Assembly: GCA_003344405.1 (NCBI GenBank)
Contig: NOWV01000026.1
Span: forward strand, 558,001 to 622,000
Direction: 5' to 3'
Source of the DNA: Trichoplax sp. H2
Taxonomy: Eukaryota
DNA: 64,000 bases
Shown: positions 1 through 14,700 of the stretch, piece after piece
Layout of the letters: each line of letters begins with the position of its first letter
How positions within the stretch are numbered: position 1 is the stretch's first letter
Made by a program: the position numbers and the translations under genes
The notes under the pieces: model-generated
Told to the model about the DNA's origin: nothing
Databases searched by the model: none
Seen by the model: only the letters and a program-made list of their open reading frames with translations

Positions 1-116
1 TTCTTATAACACCTTCCTTTGAGGATATGGTATCATATGCATTGAGTTAACTGTTCTTGATCTGGTCTCTCAATGACATGTATTTTGTTTGTTCTGCCAT
101 ATTTATGATATTATAG

Positions 117-3042
117 TTGAGTATTTGGTCGTTAACCCAATACCGAAAATCAAGCTACCAGAAGTTTATATTGATGTTTTTAAATCTCTGTCAAGGCCTT
201 TACTCATTGGGCATCGTGGGATGGGTGCACATGATGCTCAAGACGCGTAAGTGTAGTACATTCCAATGATAGTAAATCCAATTATCAAATGTGCTTATGA
301 AGTAATGTACTCTATATTATGTTGCTTTATCCGATGTATACTTGAGCAATCAACAACAATTAATATGGAATATAATACCGTTATACATGTATAGTGAATA
401 CATCGTTGAAGAGAATACCATGGAAGCATTTAAACGAGCCTTCGAGGTAGATGACCGTCTAATTAAAGCTATTTATTAACTGTAAACTCTCTATTATAAT
501 AATTGGAATTGTCAATTCAGAAATACTATCTACGGCACAACTTGCACATAAGTAATGACTTTTACAAAAAAAGTAAGACAGTAAGATTGTGTATGTTCGT
601 ATTTTACAATCTTGGCAATATTCAAAGTTAGTTCCCTTACAAAATGTCGTCCTATGTATTAAGCTTTTATGCTTAACCTTATTTTAAGCATTGGTATCGA
701 TTGATCTGAGTTTGCTTATTTAATTACTTGTGTTTAGACCTGTACAAATACAAATTAGTAATAGTGACATAACTATACAGACATTGTAAACATTGAGGAA
801 CTTTTCGTATCAGTTATCTATTTACTAGACGTTTAATACAAAATAGTAATAGACATTTCGGAATAAATTACTTATCAGCAGTAAATTTTATTTTTTCACA
901 TACACTCTCGTATTCTATCTTATATCCTTTTACATGTATATATGTTATGCGATACTATACTACCGTTAGAAATAGTACTCTAGAAAACCGCTATATAGTG
1001 GCTTTAATTCAGCTATTTTCGAAGCTTAATCATGTATCTATAGAAAATAAATGCTAGATTATCAAATTCCTCGCACGCTTTTAATAGAGATATCTGGACC
1101 CAATCGTTACATATCAATCGATAGGCTTATCGCAGTAACAGTGCCTATTTATGCATATATTTTACTTTCTACCGGATAGGGATTGCACCCAAGCTTGTAT
1201 CGGATAAATTATAATTATTAAGAGAATACTGCAGGTGTGCAGTTTCATAAAATAAACTCGTATATAAGGTCCAGCGCCACCCTTACTTACAACCTACGAT
1301 ATATATTGCAGTAGTTACATTCATAAATCATATATACGCTGCAAATAATGAACCATTTTTATTATTAACGTTGTCATATTTGACTTGCAGGAAATATTTA
1401 TATAAACCTAGTAATGTAATACCTAAACATTCGTTTCTGAATTCTAGGAAAAAGTCGACATGGTTGAGTTTGATATTCAGATGGATGCAGATGGAGAAAT
1501 AGTGATATATCATGACTTCAACATTGACCTCCATGCTCTGGTACTTAACATATAATTTATTTGATCCTATTAAAGAAATCTGATATCAAGAATTTACTTT
1601 AACCTACTTACTTTGATATATAATTGATTATAATTGATATCGATTACAGAGAGCAAGGGATAATATTAAATGTCACCGGTGTCCAGTGAAGAATCTCAGT
1701 GTTCAACAGTTGAAAGCCTATGCGGTAAAATGGATATAGGATACGTTTTACCATAATCTACTATATTTTACCGTGGTAACTAAATTATCATATCTTCACA
1801 TTTTAGACCCTACATCGCGACTCAGGTTTAGACAAAATTCTTCTATTATTTCTTAACATTGATAATAAAATTATAACCAGTAGCCCTTTTTACAGAAAAT
1901 ACTACTACAGATGTACTTTTCCCGACTCTACAAGAAGTACGTGTAATCTTTTTGTGTTTTAATGTTCCCACAATTTTCACTAATAACTAGTAATTATCTT
2001 ATTTAGGCTTTAGTGAAGCTTGATAAAGGATTAGGGTTTAATTTAGAGATTAAATTTCCTACTGATGAGGTGACTTACCGCTAAGAGGCTTTTAATTACT
2101 TATAAAATATAATCTTATATTAGAATATACTAAGTGTTACAATTGTCTAACAAAAAAATATATTATTTTTCCACAGAGACATGAAGATGTGGCTATAAAT
2201 TATCAGGATATAAATCGCTTCGTAGATAAAATTTTAAAAGTTGTTTACCATTACGCTGGGGAAAGAAAAATATTTTTCTCCTGCTTTAATCCTGATGTTT
2301 GCATTGCGTAAGTGATATGTTAAAACTTCTTGGATAATACCCACTAAATTGTCTTGCTAATTATATTCACTATCTTGTTAAATTTCTTGGCTGTACTTGT
2401 CTTCTAGATTGTTTATGAAACAACCTTCATATCCAGTAGTTTATTTAACCTGTGGAATATCTGATTTATATCCAGTTTATAAGGATTTTCGATGTCGAGA
2501 AGTTAAAACTGCCGCTTACTTTGCTGTTTCGGAAGGGCTCAAAGTATGTTAGCAAAGTTAGGCTATAAATTAAATTTTTAGCTGTAGTAAATGTAAATAT
2601 TAATATTAATAATATTACTTTAATAGGGCATCTGTAGTTTATTCCGCCCTATATCAAAAGACCTACACGTAATAGAACTTATTAAGAAATTTAACTTAGC
2701 AATATGTACATGGGGAAATGGTAACAACAAATTAGATAACATAAAATTGCAGCGAAGTTATGGAATCGATGGAATTATTTGCGATCGGTGTGTAAGATGT
2801 GCGCTTAGCGTGCCCTTCATGATTACTGGGCAGATGGCTCGAATCATTTTAGTATAAAAATTGCAGTACCTAAAATTTATTATATACCGAACGTACCAGC
2901 AGAGCAGTGCACATAGTCGATTTTCTTTTACGTAATTGTTTGGTGTGTATTTGGATGTTGTCACATAATCTATTGTTACTTATAACGGTTCTTTCTTAGG
3001 ATAGAGAATTGCAAGCTTGCGAAAAGTATTTGGGAAGGATAG
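117..3042 (+). CDS. GPCPD1: Glycerophosphocholine phosphodiesterase (GPCPD1/GDE5-like), multi-exon, 5' part lies upstream of the window
   Basis: Spliced exons give GDPD motifs in order: EYLVVNP...LIGHRGMG (117-247), EENTMEAFKRAFE (395-446), DMVEFDIQMDADGEIVIYHD (1448-1540), FPTLQE, LGFNLEIKFP, FVDKILKVVYHYAGERKIFFSCFNPDVC, KQPSYPV, WGNGNN...GIDGIICDR; stop TAG at 3040-3042. Includes a 19-nt exon at ~1807-1825. Introns are GT-AG. Confidence 0.88.
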
Positions 3043-5497
3043 CTGAAGTGTGGATGCAATTTTAAATACAGTTTGAGAGTTTGATCATATACAAATATTT
3101 CCTGTATTAAATAAAAGAATCATTGCTTACTCATTACACTTCGCATTGTCATTTTTAGGATGATAATAATTTTGTTTACTCTGATTTCAGGTAGACATAT
3201 ATTATTAAAGCTCTTTTATTAGACTTACGTCTTAAACATAATTTTAAGATAGAAGCTTAAACAATATGATATGCTTTGTTACATACAGAGTAGTAATATC
3301 TTTGAAATAAACGAAAGATTTCTTTATTTTCTAATAATTGTTCTTTGGATCTTTCTACAACATATTCGGATATTATAATACCAATTACTCCTTTGATCAT
3401 CATTAATTAAATAACGACAATAAATCATTTAAGGTATAGCATTGTCACCTTAAGTAAACAAGTAATATGCCCAGAATGAATGGAGCAATTTTCAGTTTGT
3501 TGTATTTTATTTACGGTATTGAAAGGAAAAAATGTACATAGTAGATAGAGCTTCAATTTCTTACCGCAAATAAATACTCAATTCGAATTTTTTTTAAGTA
3601 AGTCATCTCACTTCGCAACATAGTCACCACGTTTTATCATTGGTAATAGCTACCGAGTAAATTTAAATGATATCGTTATTGGTGATCAGTTATCAGTTTT
3701 TTGGTCAAAGTATCCTTGAAATTTATCTTCGTGACATTTTTTATCGAATTTCACTTCCGGAGCTGAAGCCATTCTTGGAAAGTATGGTGACATTGTAATC
3801 TTCTAAGGCATGGACCACTAGAATTATATTATGGCATTCTTCTAGTGATCCATGTTTAAGGTTATGCTGATTAAATGTCTATTATTCGTTGTACTGTAAA
3901 TACACAGTACCCTAGTTTTGTGTATTCCGTAAAGTAGTAGGTGAGAGAGTGTCTAATTTATTTATTTAATTGATTAATTTGCCCTCGATTTTTTTGGATT
4001 GTAATCTACAGACAATAAAGGGCAACAACACGTACAATACGATGTATTCTATTACTATTATCATGCCTCATAATCTACACTTGTACATGGTCTACTAAAA
4101 AGAAAGAAAATAAAAGACAATTCGTTCTCCATACTTAAAATATGGGGCCAATTAATTTGCTGCCAGGTCTAGTTTGCTTGCCATTTCAACTGAAACGTTA
4201 CGCTACTGTTCACGGTGGTATGAACTATGAACTAACACAAATACTACACAAGTACGATAACAGAATAATTTAACTTATGAAATCATTCGTCTTTGGCGCA
4301 ATTGTAAGTTAGTGATGTATTATACCATAAAGTAAAAGTGCAAGTACACATAGTAGGCGAAGTAAAATGAGCGAGGGATCTACTGGTCAGTATAATTTGC
4401 AGCTCCGATGTGAAAATGCGAGTCCCTATCTTGCAATCCTTTTGTTGCCCAATATACAGTATAGTACTATGAAAAGGATGATGCTGTCAGGTAATGCCAT
4501 TTCGAAAGTATCAGTAGTATAATCAGTAGGCACAGATTGCAACGATATATGCAGGCACACTCTCGGTAGTACAGTGCCCAACACTCTATGTAGTAGACTA
4601 AAACAGATCGATAAATCATTAACACCTTTCTCAAAATGGATCATGATACTACTTTCCTGATAAACCAATTTGGATTGCACCATATAGCCGTTTAGTTATG
4701 AGGCAGTACCGTAGTAACAAGTTTCACTATCCGTTCGATCGCAATTATCAATCCCTAACCCTCCTCCGTCCCTTAAAAACTCCCGGCTTTTATACCCTCG
4801 ACTACAGATTATACCGTAGGCTGTCCGCAAAATCTACAGTAGGCCTTCATAACATTTGGAAGTCCTAAGCATTGTGGTTCTTTCCTATGGTCCTAATATA
4901 GCTACTTCTGTGTCATACTGTAAGTGCTACACTAGTCTTAGCACTTTCGAAATGTCAGTTATCTACAAGCAGTGGCACAGTATTCCTTCTTTAGTAGCCT
5001 CTGGTATATAATAAGTGTGCGTATACTGATTGCATGGACTAGTTACCATAATAATAACTTGCTGATTAACTGTAAATCTCATAAATCATGATTCGATTCT
5101 TAACCAAGGCCTGACCGTACTTTAGTAACACTATCCATGAGCTACTCCAGGAACTGCTAAATTTCCTAAATAGTCCCCGACTACTCTGTAATTCTATATT
5201 ATAATGAACGTAATTATGATGAAATACTGTATTTCCTTCCCCAATCAATTAATAGGCATCAATCAGGCAAGGATTACAGTGAAGGATTTATGTTTGGAGA
5301 CTATTCAAATAAATTGCCATAGTAATAAACGCAATCCGCCCCTAACATGTGTAGTACTTTGGGTATTTCATGCCATTTTACTTATTTTATCTCACTAGAT
5401 GAAGTTTTAAGTATGAACAATTATCACTGTGTTTTTATTTAAATTGTACCGATGGTAACAAGCCAACGAATAGATGTTAAAAAGACTTTCAATGAGA

Positions 5498-8400
5498 CTA
5501 TTTGATATTAAATCCAGCCATAGTTGGAGCTTTGCAAATACCTTTCCCTTTAACAGTCCACTTACAGCCTTTGTAAGTAGCTATACATTCATCATTGGTT
5601 CGTAGGTCAGGCTGGATCTGTTCAAATATCTATTGGATTACATGAAGAGAGAAAAATAAAGTTTCTATGCATGCAAGTGGGAAATTTGTAAAAAACCTAT
5701 CACGTAAAGTTCCCCCACAATTAAAAGAGTCCTACTTAGAAGATAGTATAATGTGAATGATCTTATCTACAGACCTTTTTCTTAGGATTTAGTAATGTAT
5801 CAGGTTCACCTAAGATAAAAAGATTAAGAATTTTAGAAATAGCTAGAAGTAATATGCAGCCTTTAGAATCACAATAAGAAATACTATTTTGAAATTCAAC
5901 TTGTCAGGAAGGTAAGGTATTATTATTAAATGGATATCGTTATAAAAATTGCATTAAATATACGCCCAAAAATGAGTACACAGATACAATACCAACACCA
6001 TAGTTAAAATGAGAGTATCGGCACAAGTACAGTACATACAAGGTATCTATCTACAGGTAAAATTTGATATGTAATTCTAAAAATATAATCATGTAGATTT
6101 ATTAAGCATACCAGGATATTCCTCAACGACTACCCTATCACCAGGTACACAACCCTCAGGTGGATTTATTATTTCTACCTTTTCCGGTGAACTAGCGCAC
6201 ATAATCATACCCTGGGAGAGTATTCCTCTCATCCTAGTAACAAGTAATGACAAATGATATTAGAATTTGGTCAAAGGAAGTAAACGGAGACAATTGCTAG
6301 AAGTTTATTACTTTGCAGGTTTCAGATTGCAACAGAATATGGCTAAACGATCCTATAAAGGAAATAAAAATAAATTCGATTAGCTCAGCTAAAATTATTT
6401 AATGACCATAATTGAGTATTTACAGTTTTCGAATAGCCTATTGCATTATTAAATTACCTGCATTCCTTCGATAGGGATATGTCTAACCAATCCACTGACA
6501 ATAGTTCGTGGGCTTTCTTCGCCTACGTTTACTGCAATATGATAAATACGGTGAAATTTTTATTTGCTAACATTAATTCTGGCATATTTGTAGAATTGAG
6601 GCATGATTTTTTTATAATTTTTGATCTCCATTTAGGGAGAATGAGAAAGATAAAAAATAAACTTTTGATTTGGTAAATAATGTCAATACACCTATACCAT
6701 ATCCACGTACGCGTATGATAGAAGTTACTGTACCTTCTTCTACATACAAAGAATCAGCATCAGGGTGTTTCTTAACAGATACAATATGTCCAATTTTTAG
6801 ATTTAATCTTGAGATATCAATCGGTTTACTAGCACCATCATCTGTCAAAGAATAAAATTACGGTATTTTTTTACTCAAGAATTGGGTAAAATTAATTGTA
6901 CTTTACGATGCGGAACTATAATATTATATTTGTATGAAATGTCCATTTTCACGTCTGTGCAAAATTGACGTATCAGATTTAATCTACGATAATGATACTG
7001 TTACAACATTGCCTAATGTGTGTAGACTGTAGACCAATCAAGATGCTATTTTTACTTGTTGTACCAACTAAAACAATAATTAGCTTGCGCTTGCAAGTAC
7101 CTTGCTTATTTTTGGATTGGTCTGACGAATTCTTTGCATTTTTTTTGGTCTCTGCTTCGGCCTTTTTCTGTTTCTTTTCTTTTTTTTGGTCTGGCTTACC
7201 TTTATTATCAGGATTAGTTGGCGATTGCTCGACAGTTTTAGCAGCTTTGGGAGGTGATGCATCATTTTTATTAGAGCTAGTTGCAGTTGATGACACTTTA
7301 GGAAGTTGAACTTGCTTTTCTGTGCCACGATAGTGTGATAAAGTACGGTATTGCGTTAATTACGTTAGTTAGTAATGTGCAAAAATAATTACTCGTACAA
7401 CAGAACAGTTTCGTGCTATAGTGTTTATTATTTTCATTTCGCTATCTGAGTAGACTGTAGTGATCATTGTTGATGATTTATCTGCAAGTATCCAGCATAA
7501 TATTGGACAGTTAAGCAATTCTGTATTTGTTTATCCTACAGGGCATAAGGATGTCATAGTACTCTGGTCAGGAAAGTTATGTCTAGTCACTATGACGCGT
7601 TCAACTGTTAGGACCTGTTGCAAACACAATCATTGCAATTGCTTTATTATACCACTTTATGTAATATTATGTTGTACTCACTTCCGTTCATAATTTCCAG
7701 ATAACAGAGGCGTTGCTTTAAGGCTTCGACTTGTTTGGTTAGACTGTTGTTTTCATCCTGTAATCGAACAACTTCTTGGGAAGTTTGAGCGGTACCGGCA
7801 GAATTAGCTACGGAAAGGTTAAACAGATTGATCTCATTACTCTTGCTATAAAATATCGTATAACTGATTTTATTCAACGACAAGGATGGCCATTTATGAA
7901 TTAATATGTTCCCATTGATAGATAACAGATGAAGTAGTTGCTTACTGTATCCTTTCTGTACTTAGAAGTAGACCAAGACTACATTTCCTATTGACGCACA
8001 TTTTAGAAATAGATTTATCGAACAGCATTGTACAACCTACGGGTATCAAAAGATACAGTCGACTAGAGTGCTTGCATGGAGTCAAAACGCAACCCGAACC
8101 CAAAATGAGTGCAATTGTTATACAAAGACCGTATGACCATCGAAATTGTAAACCCGAAATGCCCCTCGAGCCGGGTTCAAGTCGGGTTTCGTGTTGACTT
8201 TTATTAAGGATACTGCAGTCGACTATGCATCGCATCTACTCTATTGATAGCAAGCGGGAGTATCAACCGATGAAGATACCATCGCATTGCATCGTTCATC
8301 GATTAACAGTGAGCACCAATGGATAAAGATACAGTTCAGTAATAGGAAATGCTCTACACATTGACAAGTTTATCAACTAGCTCGCCATTTCCTGCTGCAG

Positions 8401-8575
8401 TCACCGGTGGACAACATGACTTCAATAAAGCAGCAAGGCAACAGTATCATCACATTATCAAACTCTTCTTACTTGCTTGCGATGTTATAAGCTGCAATTG
8501 CCTCTTTAGTGTAGCTACAATTTCTTCAGCTTGTGAAGCGCGTTGTTCACATACTCTTAAAGCTAAAGCAGCCAT
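5498..8575 (-). CDS. AIMP1: Aminoacyl-tRNA synthetase complex-interacting multifunctional protein 1 (p43/EMAP-II), multi-exon
   Basis: ATG at 8575 gives MAALALRVCEQRASQAEEIVATLKRQL, then coiled coil RLQDENNSLTKQVEALKQRL, a Lys-rich linker (KKEKKQKK), and the tRNA-binding OB fold IDISRLNLKIGHIVSVKKHPDADSLYVEE / VGEESPRTIVSGLV / MRGILSQGMIMCAS / LNPKKK; ends GICKAPTMAGFNIK* (stop at 5498-5500). Confidence 0.92.
8080..8199. mobile_element. Possible short MITE-like element with imperfect terminal inverted repeats in AIMP1 intron 1
   Basis: Left end agtcaaaacgcaacccga matches the reverse complement of right end tcgggtttcgtgttgact at 16 of 18 positions; non-coding; no clear target-site duplication. 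Confidence 0.3.
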
Positions 8576-8641
8576 CACGATCAACTACGACAAACTTTTT
8601 GCTTGAGCAACGATGATTTAGGCCGACAAGAACCCGTGGAT

Positions 8642-9632
8642 TGATTGGTGGAGGAAGGTTGGCCCTTGGCTTGCGTCAGTGAAAAAGTGTCGCATCCTGT
8701 CACTCAGTCTAGTGTAGTACGTGGTGAACTGGTGATTGAATTGGCCTGGCAATGTAGTCCCGTACCGGTCCTATTGTAGTCCTGTACTGGTCCTATTCTG
8801 GTCCACTTTGTCCAGTAGTGACTCAACCGCTTTCTTACTCTACTGTATCCAGTATGAGAAAGCGATACAGTCAATGGGTTGGTCCAGCGCTCAAGTTCAG
8901 CCTATAGAAAGGCTGTGACTGAAGGGTACCAGGTCGTTCCATCCATCCGTCCACAGGCGACGTACCGTACGTCGCGTACTGTGATTGTGGAGGAAGGCTG
9001 GCGCTGGGCTTGCGTCAGTGAAAAAGTGTTGCATCCTGTCACTCAGTCTAGTGTAGTACAGTACGTGGTGAACTGGTGATTGAATTGGCCTGGCAATGTA
9101 GTCCCGTACTGGTCCTATTGTAGTCCACTTTGTCCAGTAGTGACTCAACCGCTTTCTTACTCTACTGTATCCAGTATGAGAAAGCGATACAGTCAATGGG
9201 TTAGTCCAGCGCTCAAGTTCAGCCTATAGAAAGGCTGTGACTGAAGCGTACCAGGTCATTCCATCCATCTGTCCATGGGCGACATACCGTACGTCGCGTA
9301 CAGTACTGTGATTGTGGAGGAAGGCTGGCGCTGGGCTTGCGTCAGTGAAAAAGTGTCGCATCCTGTCACTCAGTCTAGTGTAGTACGTGGTGAACTGGTG
9401 ACTGAATTGGCCTGGCAATGTAGTCCCGTACTGGTCCTATTGTAGTCCACTTTGTCCAGTAGTGAGTGACTCAAACCGCTTTCTTACTCTACTGTATCCA
9501 GTATAAGAAAGTGATACAGTCAATGGGTTAGTCCAGCACTCAAGTTCAGCCTATAAAAAGGCTGTGACTGATCGGTACCAGACCGTCCCTTCCATCCGTC
9601 CATGGGCGACGTACCGTACGTCGCGTACTGTG
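8642..9632. repeat. Tandem repeat, 3 units of about 324-340 bp (8642-8981, 8982-9308, 9309-9632)
   Basis: The string tgattg(g)tggaggaagg...gcttgcgtcagtgaaaaagtgt...gtcactcagtctagtgtagtac...tccagcgctcaagttcagcctata...cgtacgtcgcgtac recurs three times with few differences; GC-richer than the flanks. Confidence 0.95.
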
Positions 9633-10417
9633 CACATGTGCAGTGTGCACAAGAGACCGTACAACACAGATCTCTCAACTACAGTATAGTACTGTATGCT
9701 GGTACAGAACGTACAGTAGTCGTGCAAGGCTGCAGCAAAGCAAGTTGCTGCAACGACCAGACCGAGCAGTACAACACTGTCGCACAGGAACAAGCTCGAA
9801 GCATCCAAAAGTATTTCTCCATTGCTAGAGCTCATTTTTGATTGAAAGTTAGGCCTGAAGCCATGAAAAATTGGATAGTTTGCTCGTAGATCCTACATTG
9901 GTCTAACGTCAATAGTAAGTCCGATATGTACTGGATGGATTGGCTGTATTTTAAAAACTGTCTTGATATCAAGCTATGATCGTCTTCTTGACATGGAACA
10001 ACTCTTTATTTGCACTGTTATTTTACTGCAAGTGAATGATGCTAGCTAGATAGAGTATAGTAGTGAGAAATCGATGAAACAAACCTTTTCATAGCTTTAG
10101 CTAATCCATTGCAGTACATTATTAATAGGATAACGTAAATTGATACTGTTCTTATCATGATGTAATACAAGTACATGTACAGTAGTATTCATTGGCACTA
10201 TTATGGGCGTACAATCAATCCTATGAATTGTATCGATTAGATTAGATTAGATTATAGAATGCTAGTAGCAAATCGATCAACCAATATTATTTTACGTATA
10301 ATATTGATGTGTACCGCTATATTGGAACATCAATCTAGGACTATATCTATATTTTTACAAACATTATCATCACGCCAGTGATCATCGTTTATGAAGGTCT
10401 ACTCGTATCGACGCGTG

Positions 10418-10437
10418 TATATATATATATATATATA
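10418..10437. repeat. (TA)n microsatellite
   Basis: Run of tatatata... in line 10381. Confidence 0.8.
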
Positions 10438-11714
10438 ATGTTATATACAAACCAGACGTGAATCATTTTACTAGGGCTTACTTAAAAGATCCTTCGCTGT
10501 TATTACAAAAGTATACAATAGGCTACGGAATAATCTATTTTTCCTAATTGAATTGCATTGATTAATTTGGTTGAATTAGTTATCATCGACAGGATTGACG
10601 ATTACATAATAAAAAAAAAGGACTGGCATCATGATCAATTCTCAATACAGGCAGTCGATACGCATTACACGCGTAAGAGTTTTCACAACAACTATGTATG
10701 CTCTTATTTGTACGGTATAGAACAAGTGTGCAATTTAATTGATTGAAAAGATAGTAACCAAGGACTGTATCAATTCAAACGGCCATCCTTGCAAGTTGAT
10801 TCTTTATTTTTCTTGCGTTATAAAACGTAGGATTTATATCATAAACTATCCATGACCTTATTTAGTAATCCCTACTTACTGTAAATCCCCAATCCTATTT
10901 TTGCATTGATGGGTTGAGCTCTATCCTTTATAATCGTTTAGTTCCTTGCATTACCGTGAACTACCGTGTCGCTTTTAGAATCTACAGGACAAAAAATCAT
11001 GATCTACAGTACGTCATGATGTAGTAACAAGTTGTAATTGCTTTCCTTTTCTTTCACTAAAATGAAACAACTTTTGTTAAGAACATTTTCAACTACTGTC
11101 TCTTTTCCATATTTTAGCTACAATATTATAACTATAGGTAGTGAAATCACTACCTAGTTATGCAATATTGTCTGGTCTTGAAATTTAGATTTTAGATGAA
11201 TCATAATCTACGTACAGTATATCCTACTGCTATTGCTGCAACTTTATTATTGCTACACGTGAGTAGGGAAATCTTGGATCTTGCCCATGTAAATTGAATG
11301 GGAGATTAATTGACATTTTGCATACATTTCAATAAACATTTTCTGAAATTGTCTCAACAAAAGATACCATACGTGGAACATCTAAGACAACGTGTGCTCG
11401 TATTAAAACTAATTAAATGTTTATAGTACAGAGTATTTATTCGACTGCGCGATTGCTTATTAAATGCAGCAACATGCTATGCAATATCCATCTACCTATA
11501 TAGAATTATACTCATTACATTACAAGGGATCTGTAGTAAACAGTATTGGATGAACACGTACGCACCAATTGTTCATTTTAACCTTGCTATCGCTCCACCT
11601 AAGCTCCTATATACCTAATATTGAATGATTAGATCTGTTTATTCTACTGTTCGAGTATCATTTTAATACATTCATATATATTTGTTATTACAACAATGCA
11701 GTAAGGTATAATCA

Positions 11715-14700
11715 ATGGCAGATAAGGAAGAAAATGGGACTAAATCCGACGCTACCTCTAGCGAAAATTTAATATCAGTAACGACGAAAGAAATCAGTGA
11801 TGATCAAGCTGATAGCCGTGCACCTATTGCTGACGAAGGCGCTACCAGTATGTATTATTAGCATCATTTTTAATAAATCGCACTCTGACTTTTATGCTTG
11901 ACCAAAATATACGGTCTCTTCTAAGTACTCTCCTATACTTGATTATATTTTGCAATACTACACATCCTACTTTGCTTTACATTGTTTCGTTCTTGCTTAA
12001 TAAATCTAAATTCATTTGTTCTAACTTTTGACAATATGAGACATCAACTGCATTTTTTCTTAGTAAATCGAGTTCTTATGATGTATGCTTCGCATGCCAT
12101 TTATTGAAACTCATATGTAATCTTATGCAGCAGTGAGTACATCATTAAAAGAAAAGAATGAACCATTAAATTATTGTTTTAATAAACTGATTCCAAATAG
12201 TTGTAATTAATATTGTCAAAGGTCCTTTTCAATCAGTTATTTATTGATTATACTTATCTATGTAAATGGAAGCTAATCTTTAATTTGATGCGAACGTGAT
12301 TAAATTAGGCAACGAGGATCCGCCTTCAAATCAATTTAATATGAACACAGTACTGGAGCCAACTTTTGCCAAAACTGGTATAAATATTAGCTAACAATGA
12401 AAATTATTAAAAGCTGACTTTAGTAACATGCTATGCTTTAAATGATAATGTAAGCAGTATCCATTATGAATTGAAAGCGTTCGTGCATGCTATAATTGTA
12501 CTTGTCATATATGCCAAAGTGTACTATTTTAAATATTTCCTCTTTATGCTAAAAAAATACAGCAACAAATTCGGATGGCCCGTCGACAACAACCCTTCAA
12601 CAGTCAGTAACACCTGAGCATTTGATCGCATCTAATATTTCTGAAAGTTCAGAAGCACCCAAAGCTTCTAAAGAATCAGAGACGCAGGATACCACTTATG
12701 AAATATTTGAAGGTTTGACTTGCCTTGGATCATCAACAGTTAATGCTCCGAAAAGTGAAACTGAAGCTCAACGGGTTATGGCAACCATGAGAGAAAATTC
12801 CGCCAAAGCTATCGAAGTACAGTAACTAAAGAAAATTTGATACTCCTAGTAAATATTAAAAATACAAATTCTCATCAAAAATATATTACTTATCTGATTG
12901 GCAGGTCAATCTATCCGTGCCGAGTGATGTTAAGGGTTCCGTTGCTTTATTAGATCCTATAACTGGATCTGAAATTTGCAGTTATCCAGTCACTAGAATT
13001 TTATTTTGCGCCCGTGGTAACCCAAAAGCAGCAGAAAAAGACTGTTTCTCGTTCAGTTCTACGTATCAAAAGACGGAAATATTTTACATCCATGTATTCC
13101 AATGTACAAATCAGTCTTTGGTAACACTAAATTCATATAACACACCACTAGATGATGACTAGGTAGACTTCACGACTCATGAAATAAAATTTTCTTTCAA
13201 ATACAGGCCGAAAAGGTTTTAAAGGCTTTAGGAAATGCATTTCGAAACATGGATGTAAGCTTATTTAATCACGCTCTAATTATACCCTTATCACCGTTTA
13301 TTTACATATTTATCCGTTAATACAGGTACAAAACTCGCCAAATTCCGATCAAGATAATCCCAACATTACTTCTTTTAGTTTTCAATTCGATATTACATTA
13401 GATGTCTTGGAAAAGGACGAAGGCATATTCCGGCCTGTACCACGAGAAAGTGGAGTTTTTAAGATTAGAGAGAATCGTTTCAAGCAATTTTCTGCTATAT
13501 TGAAGCAAATAAGTGGACCAACGAATGTTAACATTATAAAGTACTCAGAAATCTATTTAAAATTATCACCTGTATTTTGCATGTATTGGTATCTTCTCAT
13601 TCTTATCATCTTTACGCGCCTAAAAATTTAGATGCATGGGGCTATTACTATGCCCGGGACCGGCACAATTAGCTAAAACTGAGAAATTATTTCCTATGAA
13701 TGAGGTAGAGATAGGTTTGAATCACACATTTATTTCGTATTTCAATCAAAATACAAATACCTACCTAAATTTCTTTCAGATTTATTTTAAAATAAATAAT
13801 GGGAACAAAAACTATGAAGTAATTGGAGTTTGGAATCCTGAAACGTTGTTTAATGTCAATTCAATCAACGCAAAAACTCCCAAAGGTGACACCAAACACT
13901 TATGCGAGTATACTGAAGGCGAAAAATTCAGCTAGTATTATGTTGAAATATTAACTTTATTTTGTACTTATAGGCATGCAAGTTTATGCAACGCTTGCAA
14001 TGGATGTCGTGTTTGATAGAGTATTAGAGCCAGTACGGTTATTATGGTCAGTCCAATTATTACATTATTGGAATGGTATGCTGTAACGTTATCTTATAAT
14101 TTAATGGATAACCTGTTATAGGGATATAAAATTAAAAGTTTATGAACGACTTGAAATTGTACCAGAATCTGACAGAATGACACGTCATTCCGAAAGCTTC
14201 ATGATTCAAGTTAAGAAGGTATTTTAGAAATAGATTACAAAAAAACTATTGAAGCTTTGTATATTCTATTCAGATGACAGATTATTTAGAGTGTGAAATG
14301 TTTAACGGTACTATTGATTTAAAATTATCATCACGCCCATACTATAATATAAAATTATTTCTCATATATGTTATACAGATGCCTCATCAGGAAGGCATTA
14401 AAGGTAACTATCGTGTAACCGGGACACAGCGTATATGCGTAGGCTTGAGTATAAATAATACTAGCCAACAAAATGAAGATCTAAATTCAGGTATAAAGAT
14501 TAATATATCGATTGATGTAAATATTATTGTGTGTCTTGTAAGTGATGTCTTGATTTAAATTTCTACTGTAGGAAATTCAGATGATGAAACTGTTTTATCT
14601 GGTAGTGGCAACGTACAACAGGACTGCAGTGATAATGCATTAATTGACTGGTCAGAAGTTTTGACTAGATGGACAAATACTAAGTCGCGCCCTAAAGAAT

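Noticed and set aside
8642..9632. CRISPR-like array or RNA-gene cluster
   Set aside because: Units are ~330 bp contiguous copies without unique spacers; no tRNA, 5S or snRNA signature was recognised; context is eukaryotic.
8736..9841. Several short ORFs on both strands
   Set aside because: They arise from the GC-richer tandem repeat and show no recognisable protein motifs.
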